A DNA stretch of 64,000 nucleotides from IMG/VR virus record IMGVR_UViG_3300039190_000120, positions 1 to 64,000 of that record. One strand, 5' to 3'. This stretch comes from a virus. Positions within the stretch are counted from its first letter, which is position 1; every line of letters starts with the position of its first letter. This document shows, in pieces, positions 7,776 through 17,550 of the stretch. The notes under the pieces were generated by a model. That model searched no databases, was not told the origin of the DNA, and was given only the letters and a program-made list of their open reading frames with translations. Made by a program: the position numbers and the translations under genes.

Positions 7776-8363
7776 ATGTCAGATAGTAATGCGATTTTCC
7801 TTCCCAATCCCCACCTTCAAACGCTGTTCGAGGAACTCCAAGAAGAGTTCGCTTCACGGCTCGACAGCATCCTCAACAAGCCGGACCCTCAGGGCGTCTG
7901 TGTCGAAGCTGGACGGGACGTATTCGAGCAGGGCTTCCATACCCATACCCACAGGTTCCAGCAGCTCTTCCTGCTTCTCAGGGACGTGGACCTGATTGAT
8001 AATGCCATGATGGATACCAACATCGTCACAGGCATCGTGACACCTGACTACCAGCCGGGCATGATGATTCCCACGATCAGGCAAAAAGAGGATTACATGT
8101 ACGTGGGCTTTGAGACGGCTCCGGTAGATCTCGACTGCGGGAGAGCCAATGAGCCGATCACTGTGGCGACAGTCCCGCTCATGCCTGCGGACAAAACTCC
8201 ATACAACGGGAAGTCGGTACTCGCCACCACGGTAGATGAAGAAACCGAAGTGGTGCTGATCACGCATAGCAGAGCGGATAGTAAGCTCTTGCTCGTCTGG
8301 AGCGACACGGTTCAGGAAGAGATCCGGCGTATTAGTCCGGTACCCAAGAAGGAACTCAACTGA
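7776..8363 (+). CDS. hypothetical protein
   Basis: AGGAG RBS; its stop abuts the convergent baseplate gene. Confidence 0.7.
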   Translation: MSDSNAIFLPNPHLQTLFEELQEEFASRLDSILNKPDPQGVCVEAGRDVFEQGFHTHTHRFQQLFLLLRDVDLIDNAMMDTNIVTGIVTPDYQPGMMIPTIRQKEDYMYVGFETAPVDLDCGRANEPITVATVPLMPADKTPYNGKSVLATTVDEETEVVLITHSRADSKLLLVWSDTVQEEIRRISPVPKKELN

Positions 8364-9650
8364 TCACGACGTGATGGTCACGGTAGCCTTAGCCTTTGCC
8401 TGTCTACCACGTCCATCCGTTGCCTTAACCCACACGACAACCTCCCCCGGACTGGCGGGTGCGGTGTAGGAGACAGAGGCACCGGTAGCGTCGTCATATA
8501 CGTTGTCGCCGTCAAAGTCCCAGACGTAGGTGACGTCCTTTCCGTTGGAGCTAGCAGATAGGGTGCTGGTTGTCCCTTGCACCATTGTGTAAGGGCCTCC
8601 TGCGTCCACGGTAAGGCGCTCCGGGGAATTGAATTGAGCAGACGCATCCTCGTCTACGACTTGAATCTCCTGCTTGCGCCCAAGGCGGTCGATCTCCACC
8701 TGATAGGAGATGTTGGTACCCTTGTGCTTCATTCGAGGGAAGAGGCGTACACTGGTAGAAGAGGGGTGCCCGACTACCGTATAGCGACCGCTACTTGGCC
8801 CGGTGGGGATCACAAGGGTTGCACCTTCCTGCACTGAGTAGAGAGGCTTGGTGGGGTCGTCATCCGACAGGATAGAGAGGTTGCTGTCCACATATCCGGT
8901 CGTACTCTCGAAGCCCGCCATACCCTCACAATAGAACCTTGCGTCGGCATAGTGGTAGTCTCGAAGGTGCATGGACACCTGATCATCCACGCTGTTCACG
9001 AGGTCGGCATCTTCATCGAAGATGAACCGGAGTCGGTAGAGCGTGTGGGCCGGTCGAATGATCTCCAGCAGGAGCCTCAGGTTTTTGTCGATCTTGAATA
9101 CGTCTTTGGGGAATTGGGCCTGCAGCTCAAAGTCTGCGAAGAAGCTGAACTGGTCGCTAATGTCGTAGGCGCTATTGGGCTTCTCTGCCTCTTTGTAGAC
9201 CTCCCGGATCACGAACTCTTCATCCGTAAACAGCTCGATGCCTTTGTGGATAGCTTCCGGGGTGGAGCCTTGGAAGTAAATGTCGATCACGGCAAGCAGG
9301 AACTTACGGAAGCTCTCGTCATCAAAGTCGAGATCCGGCAGTTGCTGGTTGACGAATACGAGGTAGCCCACTGTATCCCACAGGTACTCAGAGCGCACCT
9401 GCTCGAAGGACATATCGGTACCCACCTGCTCCAGAATGATGGAGATGCGAGCAAGCTCCGTTGCCATCGCCTTCATGTAGACCGTGTAGTTCGGCCCCAC
9501 GATCTCCGACTCGTAGTTGGAGGGTAGGAGGTTAATCAGGGAGTTGAGGATCGCCTGACTGCGAGACACGAGGAGCTGCTGGTATCCCTTCCCCTCTTCT
9601 ATTTCGGGGTAGGGGAACTGCCTTCCATTTTTGAAGCCATTATCGGCCAT
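8364..9650 (-). CDS. baseplate wedge protein (P2 gpI-like) with C-terminal PKD/Ig domain
   Basis: follows the J-like gene; GST..AI and IRPAHT motifs; C-terminal AGGPY..YVWDFDGD PKD signature. Confidence 0.7.
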   Translation of the reverse strand: MADNGFKNGRQFPYPEIEEGKGYQQLLVSRSQAILNSLINLLPSNYESEIVGPNYTVYMKAMATELARISIILEQVGTDMSFEQVRSEYLWDTVGYLVFVNQQLPDLDFDDESFRKFLLAVIDIYFQGSTPEAIHKGIELFTDEEFVIREVYKEAEKPNSAYDISDQFSFFADFELQAQFPKDVFKIDKNLRLLLEIIRPAHTLYRLRFIFDEDADLVNSVDDQVSMHLRDYHYADARFYCEGMAGFESTTGYVDSNLSILSDDDPTKPLYSVQEGATLVIPTGPSSGRYTVVGHPSSTSVRLFPRMKHKGTNISYQVEIDRLGRKQEIQVVDEDASAQFNSPERLTVDAGGPYTMVQGTTSTLSASSNGKDVTYVWDFDGDNVYDDATGASVSYTAPASPGEVVVWVKATDGRGRQAKAKATVTITS

Positions 9651-9653
9651 AGC

Positions 9654-12600
9654 TTAGCTTCCTCTGGTCTGATAGGTGATCGTGAGGGAACCTAGCTCCA
9701 AATGAGCCACGTCCGTAACCATCAGGGACTTCGACCCTCGATCGCCCACTACCTCATAGGTAGCATCGTACTCGTGGAACTCCGGTGTGTCTGTCTCGTC
9801 CAGACTAACAAAGACACGGTTGGCCGTCAGTTCTAGTCGGCGCTCTTTCCGCTCTTCCGCTGTATCGTATCCCTGAGCAGTGAGAGTAGTATCGTCGGAG
9901 TAGCCAGAGATCACAAGCCCATTCCTACCGACTACCAATGCCCTATCAGACCCGGTAAGAAGGTCGTTATAGGAGGACACGATTTCGATAGGCTGCGTGT
10001 TTTTGAAGATCCCCTTATGAAGCGTAGGCCGGGAAGCTCCGTCATAGGTAGGGTAATTCAGGCCATCCTTGAATACGTAGACCTTGGTTCCACTCTGGGA
10101 TTCGAGGAAGGTGGCGTCATTGTTGATCTGCTCTCGCACAATGAGGGAGCCGTCCTGCAATGCCATCTTAGAGAAAGGCATCACGACGTAGACGACGCCC
10201 TTGGTGTTTTCAATCGCCTGCACAATGTCAGACTGGTATACGGGCTCGCCAATCTCTTTGCTGTTGAGCAACTGACTCAGGCGAGTCCTGATATTGGCGT
10301 CCACCTGTGCTTTGGAGGCTCCGGGTTTGAGTACGATCGTCATCTCTAGGTCCACCTCATTGGAGATGGCCTGCTTAACCAGTACATCTGCCGTGGCGTG
10401 GCTCTGCTTGTTGATCTCCTTCTGCACACGTCTCAGCAAATTGTTGATCGTGTATTCTACCTCGAAGTTCTCGTCATGCTGGTAGTCAACGCTGACCTCT
10501 TCACCATTGACGATAGAACCAGAAGGAACACGTACGATCCTGAGAGGGGTTACTTCATCCCCCTCCTCGATAAGGTAGTCCGGGTTGTTGCTATTGGGAC
10601 CGTTGTATTCAGTGTTTCGATCCAGCGAAAACACCCGTACACTAATTGGGTTGACCCCTAGATTAGAGAGAGCCTCCGGCGTCTCACCAACCAGCACATG
10701 CCTCTCGTCATTGATCACGAAAGTGTCCCCTGTCGGAACGCCCCCGGACTGACGAATCTCCAGATAATCCGTCGCCTTCGTCGAGTATCCCATGAGCAGG
10801 GGATCTTCTTTACGGTAGAGCTGGTAGTTATCCTCCGGCGTAAGGGTGGTCCCTGTATTCACAGAGCGGACAGATTCCACGTCGAAGACCGGCTGGCGAC
10901 TAAATACGTACTTGGACGTAGACTGAAAGCGATAGTCCCCGGCCACAATGTCATTGGTGTGGACCGCTGGTTGGTTGAGGGACGAGTCTAGCTTGATTCG
11001 GTTGTAGTCGAGAATGATATAGTTGGTGAGATCAAATTCATCACCGGTCGAAACATTTCGGAAGCCGAAGCCCTGCGCTTGTTGCTGAGAGGTTACGCCC
11101 AGCATCTCTGAGATAGGGTTGTCCGGGCTCAGTCGTGGGTCGTCAGCCACGAAGATTAGGTCGGAGCTGTTGGAGTCCAAGAAGAACTGAATGTCACGGG
11201 CTACCCGGAACCGGAGAGCAAATGTATCGGACACTTGCTGCTCTTCCGTACCCTGTACCCAGACGTCTACCTTACCTCCGATGTGTTTGTCTCTGAGGTC
11301 GTCATAGTCTCGCATCATGAACTCGTCATCGGCCTTCACGACACGAGCACGGAAGACGCCCTCCTGTCTGAGAGTCGTGGCGAGATAACCTGCGGGGGTG
11401 CCTGCGTCCACTGCGGAAAAGGCAAGCATAGCCCTCTCTGCAAGACGGGCATTACTCTCCCGCTCCCGACCAAAGCGTGTGGCCTCTAGGTTGATCACCT
11501 GCATGGAGGTCGTACCACCAATGACACGTTTGATTTCATTGGCATCCACGTTAGCATCCGATCCCGGATCAGTGGCCCGGATATTAGCTTCGATCTCCCA
11601 GCGCTTCTCCTGTACGTTGTAGTAAGATTCGCTGGAAGCAAGCGGGAGTACAACACGTGAGGTGGTCGTGAAAGTGACGGAGCCGCCAGAGTCCGCTTCT
11701 GTGGAGACAAGGGTTCCTTCCTCCACCACGAGATCTGTGGTAGGCTCATTGGTGGTGTAGAATACCACTTGTCCCACGGCATACTCAGCTCCACCCCTTG
11801 TCTTGTTGTTGTTCTGGGCAAGCTGATCAAAGCTGTTGTCGATCAGAGCTTGTACGTCAGAGTCTGCTTCAAAGCCTAGTGCCGACTTGAGTGCCTGCTT
11901 GTAGGGGTTCGAGGATACCGGATCGGATTCACCATCCCCATCCATATCGTCAATCTGGAGCAACTGAGCAAAGCTCTGGGAGCGCCTAATGAAGCCCATC
12001 AAGAAATTGAGTCGCTCTACCTCTGAGGCAAAGGGCTCGACGAAAATGTCACGCACTGCGGAGCCGGGGATGCCGGAGATGCGGTTGTTGCTTCGGATCG
12101 TGGACGATAGGTAGTCACGGACCACATCATCCTGTGTCTTGGAAGGCATCTCTGCCAACTGTGTGGTGATCGTCAAGGGGAGGCCTACCAACTCTGACGA
12201 ATAAACACTCTCAATCTGCTGGTTCGTGTTGGGATCGTAGGCCACCGCTGTGATCACATAGTGCATAGGCTCGTCATCAGGGACGTCAGCGAACATCTCA
12301 CTGTTGATAATCCCGTCAGACTCTGTTCCCCTGCGGTCGTGAACAAAGGAGTGGTATTCAGTCGTACGAATATCCTCCAAGGTCGTAGATACCTTCATCT
12401 CGCCGGTAGCCACGAAGGCCGTTTCGAGCACAGAGTCTGAGACGGTCTGGATCGGGTTGTCATTGAAGTCCTCCTCCACGAGAAGCACCCGGAGCTGTCC
12501 ACCCGCCGTCGTATAAAAGGCCGTATCCGTAACGACTTCTTCGGCGGCTTCTTCCTGAAAGGATACGGTCGAAATCAAGTCTTTGTTGACCCGGACGTAC

Positions 12601-13082
12601 CCTTGCTTACCACCACCCGTGTCAATAGCAGCGTACACGTGATAGCCTGCAATGCTCGATTCGTCATTGGCGGCCCATACCAGCTCTACAGCATCTCTCC
12701 TGCGGCGCACCCTTAGACCCGTTGGGGCCGACACTAGAAGGTCGAGGTCGTCCTCCCGCACTACTTCAAGGGTAGCTGTGGCTGTAGGACTGACGCCTCC
12801 AGTTACGTCGATCACACGGATTTCTATAGTGTTCTCCCCGTAATCCAGACGCAAACCCTCAGGGTACACGTTGGGGTTGGGCACCGTAAAGCCCTGCTGG
12901 TCAAAGAGGACAAGGTTAGGGTCTGAGCGGAAAGGCTCGTCATTGACCTTAACCTGTACGTCCACCACATTCGAGGAGAGGTCCCCTGTCAAGGTTTGCT
13001 CCCTTACCGACGTTACCAACTGGAGATTGGTGGTGGTACCGGTCCCGTCAGGGGTGTTAAATTTTGGGGGTGTGATAGCCAT
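9654..13082 (-). CDS. baseplate J-like wedge protein with N-terminal Fn3/Ig domains
   Basis: PGSAVRDIF, A.GQVVF, PGSDANV, FGRERESN, GKVDVWVQG, IGEPVYQSDI. Confidence 0.8.
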   Translation of the reverse strand: MAITPPKFNTPDGTGTTTNLQLVTSVREQTLTGDLSSNVVDVQVKVNDEPFRSDPNLVLFDQQGFTVPNPNVYPEGLRLDYGENTIEIRVIDVTGGVSPTATATLEVVREDDLDLLVSAPTGLRVRRRRDAVELVWAANDESSIAGYHVYAAIDTGGGKQGYVRVNKDLISTVSFQEEAAEEVVTDTAFYTTAGGQLRVLLVEEDFNDNPIQTVSDSVLETAFVATGEMKVSTTLEDIRTTEYHSFVHDRRGTESDGIINSEMFADVPDDEPMHYVITAVAYDPNTNQQIESVYSSELVGLPLTITTQLAEMPSKTQDDVVRDYLSSTIRSNNRISGIPGSAVRDIFVEPFASEVERLNFLMGFIRRSQSFAQLLQIDDMDGDGESDPVSSNPYKQALKSALGFEADSDVQALIDNSFDQLAQNNNKTRGGAEYAVGQVVFYTTNEPTTDLVVEEGTLVSTEADSGGSVTFTTTSRVVLPLASSESYYNVQEKRWEIEANIRATDPGSDANVDANEIKRVIGGTTSMQVINLEATRFGRERESNARLAERAMLAFSAVDAGTPAGYLATTLRQEGVFRARVVKADDEFMMRDYDDLRDKHIGGKVDVWVQGTEEQQVSDTFALRFRVARDIQFFLDSNSSDLIFVADDPRLSPDNPISEMLGVTSQQQAQGFGFRNVSTGDEFDLTNYIILDYNRIKLDSSLNQPAVHTNDIVAGDYRFQSTSKYVFSRQPVFDVESVRSVNTGTTLTPEDNYQLYRKEDPLLMGYSTKATDYLEIRQSGGVPTGDTFVINDERHVLVGETPEALSNLGVNPISVRVFSLDRNTEYNGPNSNNPDYLIEEGDEVTPLRIVRVPSGSIVNGEEVSVDYQHDENFEVEYTINNLLRRVQKEINKQSHATADVLVKQAISNEVDLEMTIVLKPGASKAQVDANIRTRLSQLLNSKEIGEPVYQSDIVQAIENTKGVVYVVMPFSKMALQDGSLIVREQINNDATFLESQSGTKVYVFKDGLNYPTYDGASRPTLHKGIFKNTQPIEIVSSYNDLLTGSDRALVVGRNGLVISGYSDDTTLTAQGYDTAEERKERRLELTANRVFVSLDETDTPEFHEYDATYEVVGDRGSKSLMVTDVAHLELGSLTITYQTRGS

Positions 13083-13092
13083 TTCGACTCAC

Positions 13093-14172
13093 TCAACGAA
13101 GTTGGAAATCTTGACTGTAATCTGCATTGGTCACTAGCAGTGTGTCCTCAAGTGACTCGACCTTTCCGGCCCGGCTCTGGAGGTCAATCTGGACGTAAAA
13201 GACAGTGGGGTCATTAGCATCCTGAGATACGTCAAGGGACACAACCCTCTGGAGCATCTCACTGTCTACCACTGGCTGATACATCGACTGCTCTTCCTTG
13301 ATCTGCTGGTACTTGCTCAGGGCGTTGGAGATTTCAGACACCAACTGTACCTCAACCTGCTGGCCGCCACCTACGATCTTGGAGCCGATCATATCCATGA
13401 TGTTCGTACCGTACCACCGGTGGAACACATGCGACCCTTGGATAGTGAAAATGATCTTATCCACTTCCTGCAAGAGCAGCGTCTGCCCTTCGGCCCAGAT
13501 AGGCTCACCCTTTCGGTCGTGCCTCAGGTCATTCTCTATACCCAGACCCAAGCAGCGGCGACACTCAGACCGCCTCGTATAGTAGCTCACCTCGAAAATA
13601 TCGTCATTGGCCCGGAGCGCCTCGTCAAAGACGATCTTCCGGGCATGGGGGTCTACGTCTTTCGGGTCCCGGACAAGGTTCCAAGCAGGGACAATGGTGC
13701 GTCCACGATAGGATCTAAGCGGAGAGAGTCCCAGCGTACCGTGAGCACTCCCATCCTCCATCTTGAGTGTCGTCTCAGGCCCGGCGTTGTGGAGTTGCAG
13801 AGTGATCCTACCCCGACTCACTTGAGCTTCCAGTCCATTTGCGGACTCATTTATCGCTTCTACGAGGGTTCCGGCCTTGACTTGTCTTCCTTCAGGTAGT
13901 ACAATGGTCTGTACCGACCCCCCACTCACAGAAAAAGACAGTTCATCATTGTCGCCCGACTCAATCTCATAGGGCTCTGCTACCAATGAGGTGATCTCTA
14001 CCTTGGAGTACAGACCTTGGGGAGGAACCACCCTCCGATTCCAGAGTATCTTGATCTCTTTGCTGGAGGGGTTCCGAAGGGGGAGAAGAGTACGGCGATC
14101 GTTTTCTAGGGATAGCCATTCCTCCACCACGTGGTGCGGACACCTGTGTTTTAAGAGCAGATCCTTTGACAT
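13093..14172 (-). CDS. baseplate wedge protein with C-terminal gp25/gpW-like domain
   Basis: LLQ..KIIFT.QGS..FH.WYGT and DPT.FYV.I; sits upstream of J; CxxCxG motif. Confidence 0.7.
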   Translation of the reverse strand: MSKDLLLKHRCPHHVVEEWLSLENDRRTLLPLRNPSSKEIKILWNRRVVPPQGLYSKVEITSLVAEPYEIESGDNDELSFSVSGGSVQTIVLPEGRQVKAGTLVEAINESANGLEAQVSRGRITLQLHNAGPETTLKMEDGSAHGTLGLSPLRSYRGRTIVPAWNLVRDPKDVDPHARKIVFDEALRANDDIFEVSYYTRRSECRRCLGLGIENDLRHDRKGEPIWAEGQTLLLQEVDKIIFTIQGSHVFHRWYGTNIMDMIGSKIVGGGQQVEVQLVSEISNALSKYQQIKEEQSMYQPVVDSEMLQRVVSLDVSQDANDPTVFYVQIDLQSRAGKVESLEDTLLVTNADYSQDFQLR

Positions 14173-14173
14173 A

Positions 14174-14791
14174 TCACTCGTCCGTCACGGAAGGAAAATC
14201 CTCACTACTGACGTAGAAGGCTACCTCTTGCTTCAGATCATCGAGCGTCTCCGCTCCTGACTTCCTCTTGACAAGAAGCACGATCTCTTCTATATGCTGG
14301 TCTGTGAGGTCCACAGTCCGTTTGATGCGGAACTCAAGGTCCTCAACACGCCTCTTAATATTGGGGATCATCCAGTCCTTAACCTTGGACACGGTATTGC
14401 TAGGAGCCGTGTCGTCAAAGCTCTGATTTCCCTTCTGGTACTCTCCTTCTGATGGTACGCCGCCCGCAAAGGGCTCTGACTGTTTTAGGGAGAACTTCCC
14501 TTTCGTCATATAGATCCAATCGCCACGGCTGCGAATCTGCAAGTCCGTGAGGTTCCCCCCGTAATACTCGAAGGCACGTGCATACTTAGCCAACACGCTG
14601 TTTCGTGGCCTCACTACATAAGAGACTCGGTGGCCTTCTTCATCGAACTCGTATTCGATCCATCCAAGGCGATCAATCTCTGACTTGAGGTAGGATATGC
14701 GGGGGTCCACGTACTGCAACTGAGCTTCTGCGTACGTAATGAGGCGGTCGAATTCCGACCTCTTGAATGTGCCCAGAAAATCAAATGCCAT
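14174..14791 (-). CDS. putative virion structural protein
   Basis: in baseplate operon; preceded by TAATC-type motif. Confidence 0.6.
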   Translation of the reverse strand: MAFDFLGTFKRSEFDRLITYAEAQLQYVDPRISYLKSEIDRLGWIEYEFDEEGHRVSYVVRPRNSVLAKYARAFEYYGGNLTDLQIRSRGDWIYMTKGKFSLKQSEPFAGGVPSEGEYQKGNQSFDDTAPSNTVSKVKDWMIPNIKRRVEDLEFRIKRTVDLTDQHIEEIVLLVKRKSGAETLDDLKQEVAFYVSSEDFPSVTDE

Positions 14792-14843
14792 CTGCTTGAA
14801 CCTACACTTTCGCTACCTAATGAAACTCTACTCATAAGGCACT

Positions 14844-14855
14844 ACAAGTAGATTA
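14844..14855 (-). promoter_or_regulatory. candidate late-promoter element
   Basis: TAATCTACTTGT, member of a recurring TAATCYNYYKRT motif. Confidence 0.45.
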
Positions 14856-15206
14856 GAGCACCCGATCCAAAACGACGCGGGCTCTGCGGCTAGGCTCTTT
14901 GGTTAGAAATCCGGCCCTCCGTCCCTGCTCGTAAGGGGGCTCGATCCCACGGCTTTCATATTGGATAGCAGTGGGGTCGAGTATCTGACCCCCATCGGAT
15001 TCCAACCACCAATGGACGACACCTTCTGCGTCTCTCGCTCTTGCCGGTGTGTATTCTGAGTCCCCACCACCGATCACATGGTACAGGGCCTCAGATGCCA
15101 CATAGCAGTGTCCATAGAGAGGTATGTCAGAGCCTCGATACTCGGGTTTGAGTAGGTCGGGGCTCAGTGCCGTCTGGATCTTCTCGATAAGGGTAGGTAC
15201 ATTCAT
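14853..15206 (-). CDS. small protein with Cys-His-Asp (transglutaminase/papain-like) arrangement
   Basis: GHCYVASEAL...HWWL...ILDPT. Confidence 0.55.
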   Translation of the reverse strand: MNVPTLIEKIQTALSPDLLKPEYRGSDIPLYGHCYVASEALYHVIGGGDSEYTPARARDAEGVVHWWLESDGGQILDPTAIQYESRGIEPPYEQGRRAGFLTKEPSRRARVVLDRVL

Positions 15207-15210
15207 GTGA

Positions 15211-17388
15211 TCATAGCCCGAAGATGAACTTCACAGCGTTTAGGGGTCCCTTGTAGTCATCCTCTCCCGGCCCCCCGAAGGCGAGCACAATACCTGCCGT
15301 GAAGTCATCGGGGTTCGTGTCCGGGGTATTCTGGGCGGCCATGAACTCATTCGTGAGGTAAGGAACGCCTCCGACAGCGGGAGGGATGAATAGGGTTGAA
15401 ATCGAGAAGTCCAGTACGCTCAGGCTCTCAAAGAACGCAACGATCCCATCCAGCACATCAATAATGTCATTCAGGAGGTCCAGTCTGCCCCGGAGAGCTT
15501 CAAGGGTGGAGTCGATTGAGGCATTGAAATCGGCAAAGGTCTGCTCGAACGCACTCATCATCTTGAAGAGCCTGTCAAGTACGCTGCTGGCCTCTGGGAT
15601 CAGATCTTCAAGCGGTCGAATCGCCTGCCAGTTAGGAGGAATGCCCTGAGTCTCGTGGCGGTCGACCATCTGGATAACTTGGTGTACCTTGGTGCGCAGA
15701 TCAATATCGGTCATGAAGACCCCTGAAAAGTCACCCTCTTCCAGTAGAGGTAGAATCACGGGCTCTGCGGTCGTGTAGAAGGACTTGACCATCTCGAAGA
15801 GCGAGTCATTCTGCATGATGATGGGCAAAATCTTTTTGATCTTCTTGATAGCCATCTTATCCACCCAGATGCGGAACTGCTCCCGTGTGGATAGTCCGAA
15901 CTTCTGAGCAAACAGCTCACGAGCACCACTAAAGGGGTCGTTTTCTAGGTCGTCTGAGGCAGTGATTGATCCAACAGAAGCAACCCACCACTTAGACATT
16001 TCATAGCTTTCAACTTCTTCCTCGAAGAGGGGGCCAGCAAAGAACCTCACTGAATCTTCGTCACCATCTAAAGGGTCGAAGCCCGGCACCATCGCACTAG
16101 CTATCTGTTGTAGCGTCATACTGGAGGTACCCTCCGGGATCTGTGTCTCCTGCTCCAAAAGGTATTGAGGGACGCCTTCCTCCAGAGAAGAGGAGCCAAT
16201 CATGAGGGTTCCCTGATCGTCATAGGTGTCCGCATCGAAGCGGAGCATGTAGGCGGCCCGGTACACGTTCAGAAGAGCCGTGGGCATATCAAAGGTCGTG
16301 TCCACGTCTGGGAGGCTGCCGAATACCGGAACACTCGGGTCGGACTCTGTATACTCCTGTCCATTCAAGATCAGAGTATGGACCGTCTCGCCACCTAGTG
16401 TTCTCTCTTCGAGAGTCACTTCCTCCGGCACGGAGCGAATACGGTAGTAGTATCCATTCTCCACACCCTTCTCGACGTCCTTCACAACATAGGAGTAGGA
16501 GCCTGCGATCCAGTTGGCCGTAACGTCGTCATTTCCATCCCCCAGAGAGACAAAGGGGTTGTCCTCGTCAAGGGGCTCCCACACTGATACGGGCTCTCCC
16601 TTACGGTTAAGGAGAGGTTCCTCGACACCTTGGGCATCACCCTCTTTCTCAGTCCGCTTTCGGAGAGGGTCCTTCTGCGTGACCTTGGTTTTCTGGCGAG
16701 TCAGTAGCTTGCCCTCACGGGACTTGGACCGCTCGATGTAGAACTTGTTGTCTGCAAAAATGTCATAGAAGAGGCTCTGCGTGAACTTGGGCTCTTCCCA
16801 CGAGAGGAGTATGGTCGTCAGTTCGTCATCCTCTGAGAACAGGTTGATCATGGATTCGACAGGATCTCCATCGGAGTCCGCAGGCACCGCTTCCACATTG
16901 ATGGGCGGTGGGTACCGGATCTCCATATCTATCTGTGTCAGGTACTGGAGAGAAATGATCTGACGAATGAAGTCGGCCACATTATCTTTCGTGACCAGCA
17001 GGAAAAGGGCACCAAGGTATCCATCCGATCCTATCTGTGGCCGGTTAGGGTCCTCCATATCATAGAGGCTCTGCATAAAGAGGGTGCGGAATTTTGGGTA
17101 GCCCCCTTGGTACTGGTGCAGCTCCTCAAGGGAGGTGGGAATCAGAAAGAGCCCGTTGGCCTCAGAGGATTCCAGATTTTCTAGTACCGTCTCTATCTCA
17201 CTGAGAAGTAGCTGGACCGCAGGCTCGATCGGGTTGGGCACAGAGATCATGAACACCTTGAGAAGCTCCAAAACCGACGTAGCGACGTTACCCACTGAAA
17301 TGAGTAGGTCTGCTACGTCTTGGACCTTATCTAGGTACTCCGTCCCCTGTAGGACGTCTCCAAGGTCAAATGTCTGCCAGTCAGCCAT
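15211..17388 (-). CDS. putative baseplate/tail structural protein
   Basis: 725 aa, acidic, Fn3-like central segment, helical ends, within the tail operon. Confidence 0.6.
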   Translation of the reverse strand: MADWQTFDLGDVLQGTEYLDKVQDVADLLISVGNVATSVLELLKVFMISVPNPIEPAVQLLLSEIETVLENLESSEANGLFLIPTSLEELHQYQGGYPKFRTLFMQSLYDMEDPNRPQIGSDGYLGALFLLVTKDNVADFIRQIISLQYLTQIDMEIRYPPPINVEAVPADSDGDPVESMINLFSEDDELTTILLSWEEPKFTQSLFYDIFADNKFYIERSKSREGKLLTRQKTKVTQKDPLRKRTEKEGDAQGVEEPLLNRKGEPVSVWEPLDEDNPFVSLGDGNDDVTANWIAGSYSYVVKDVEKGVENGYYYRIRSVPEEVTLEERTLGGETVHTLILNGQEYTESDPSVPVFGSLPDVDTTFDMPTALLNVYRAAYMLRFDADTYDDQGTLMIGSSSLEEGVPQYLLEQETQIPEGTSSMTLQQIASAMVPGFDPLDGDEDSVRFFAGPLFEEEVESYEMSKWWVASVGSITASDDLENDPFSGARELFAQKFGLSTREQFRIWVDKMAIKKIKKILPIIMQNDSLFEMVKSFYTTAEPVILPLLEEGDFSGVFMTDIDLRTKVHQVIQMVDRHETQGIPPNWQAIRPLEDLIPEASSVLDRLFKMMSAFEQTFADFNASIDSTLEALRGRLDLLNDIIDVLDGIVAFFESLSVLDFSISTLFIPPAVGGVPYLTNEFMAAQNTPDTNPDDFTAGIVLAFGGPGEDDYKGPLNAVKFIFGL

Positions 17389-17390
17389 AC

Positions 17391-17549
17391 CTATTCGTCC
17401 TCAGTCTCTTTCTGCTCGATGTGGTCCTCTAGTCTATCCCGTACATCTACGAGACGATCCCGGACTTTTTTGAGCTGTTCTGTAAGGCCTCTATAGGGCT
17501 TGAGTTTGACCTCTTCCCACTGCGGCTCTTCTGTCTCTTCGTCACTCAT
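17391..17549 (-). CDS. 52-aa hypothetical protein (not in ORF track)
   Basis: MSDEETEEPQWEEVKLK...KETEDE fills the gap exactly between two structural genes. Confidence 0.65.
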   Translation of the reverse strand: MSDEETEEPQWEEVKLKPYRGLTEQLKKVRDRLVDVRDRLEDHIEQKETEDE

Positions 17550-17550
17550 A

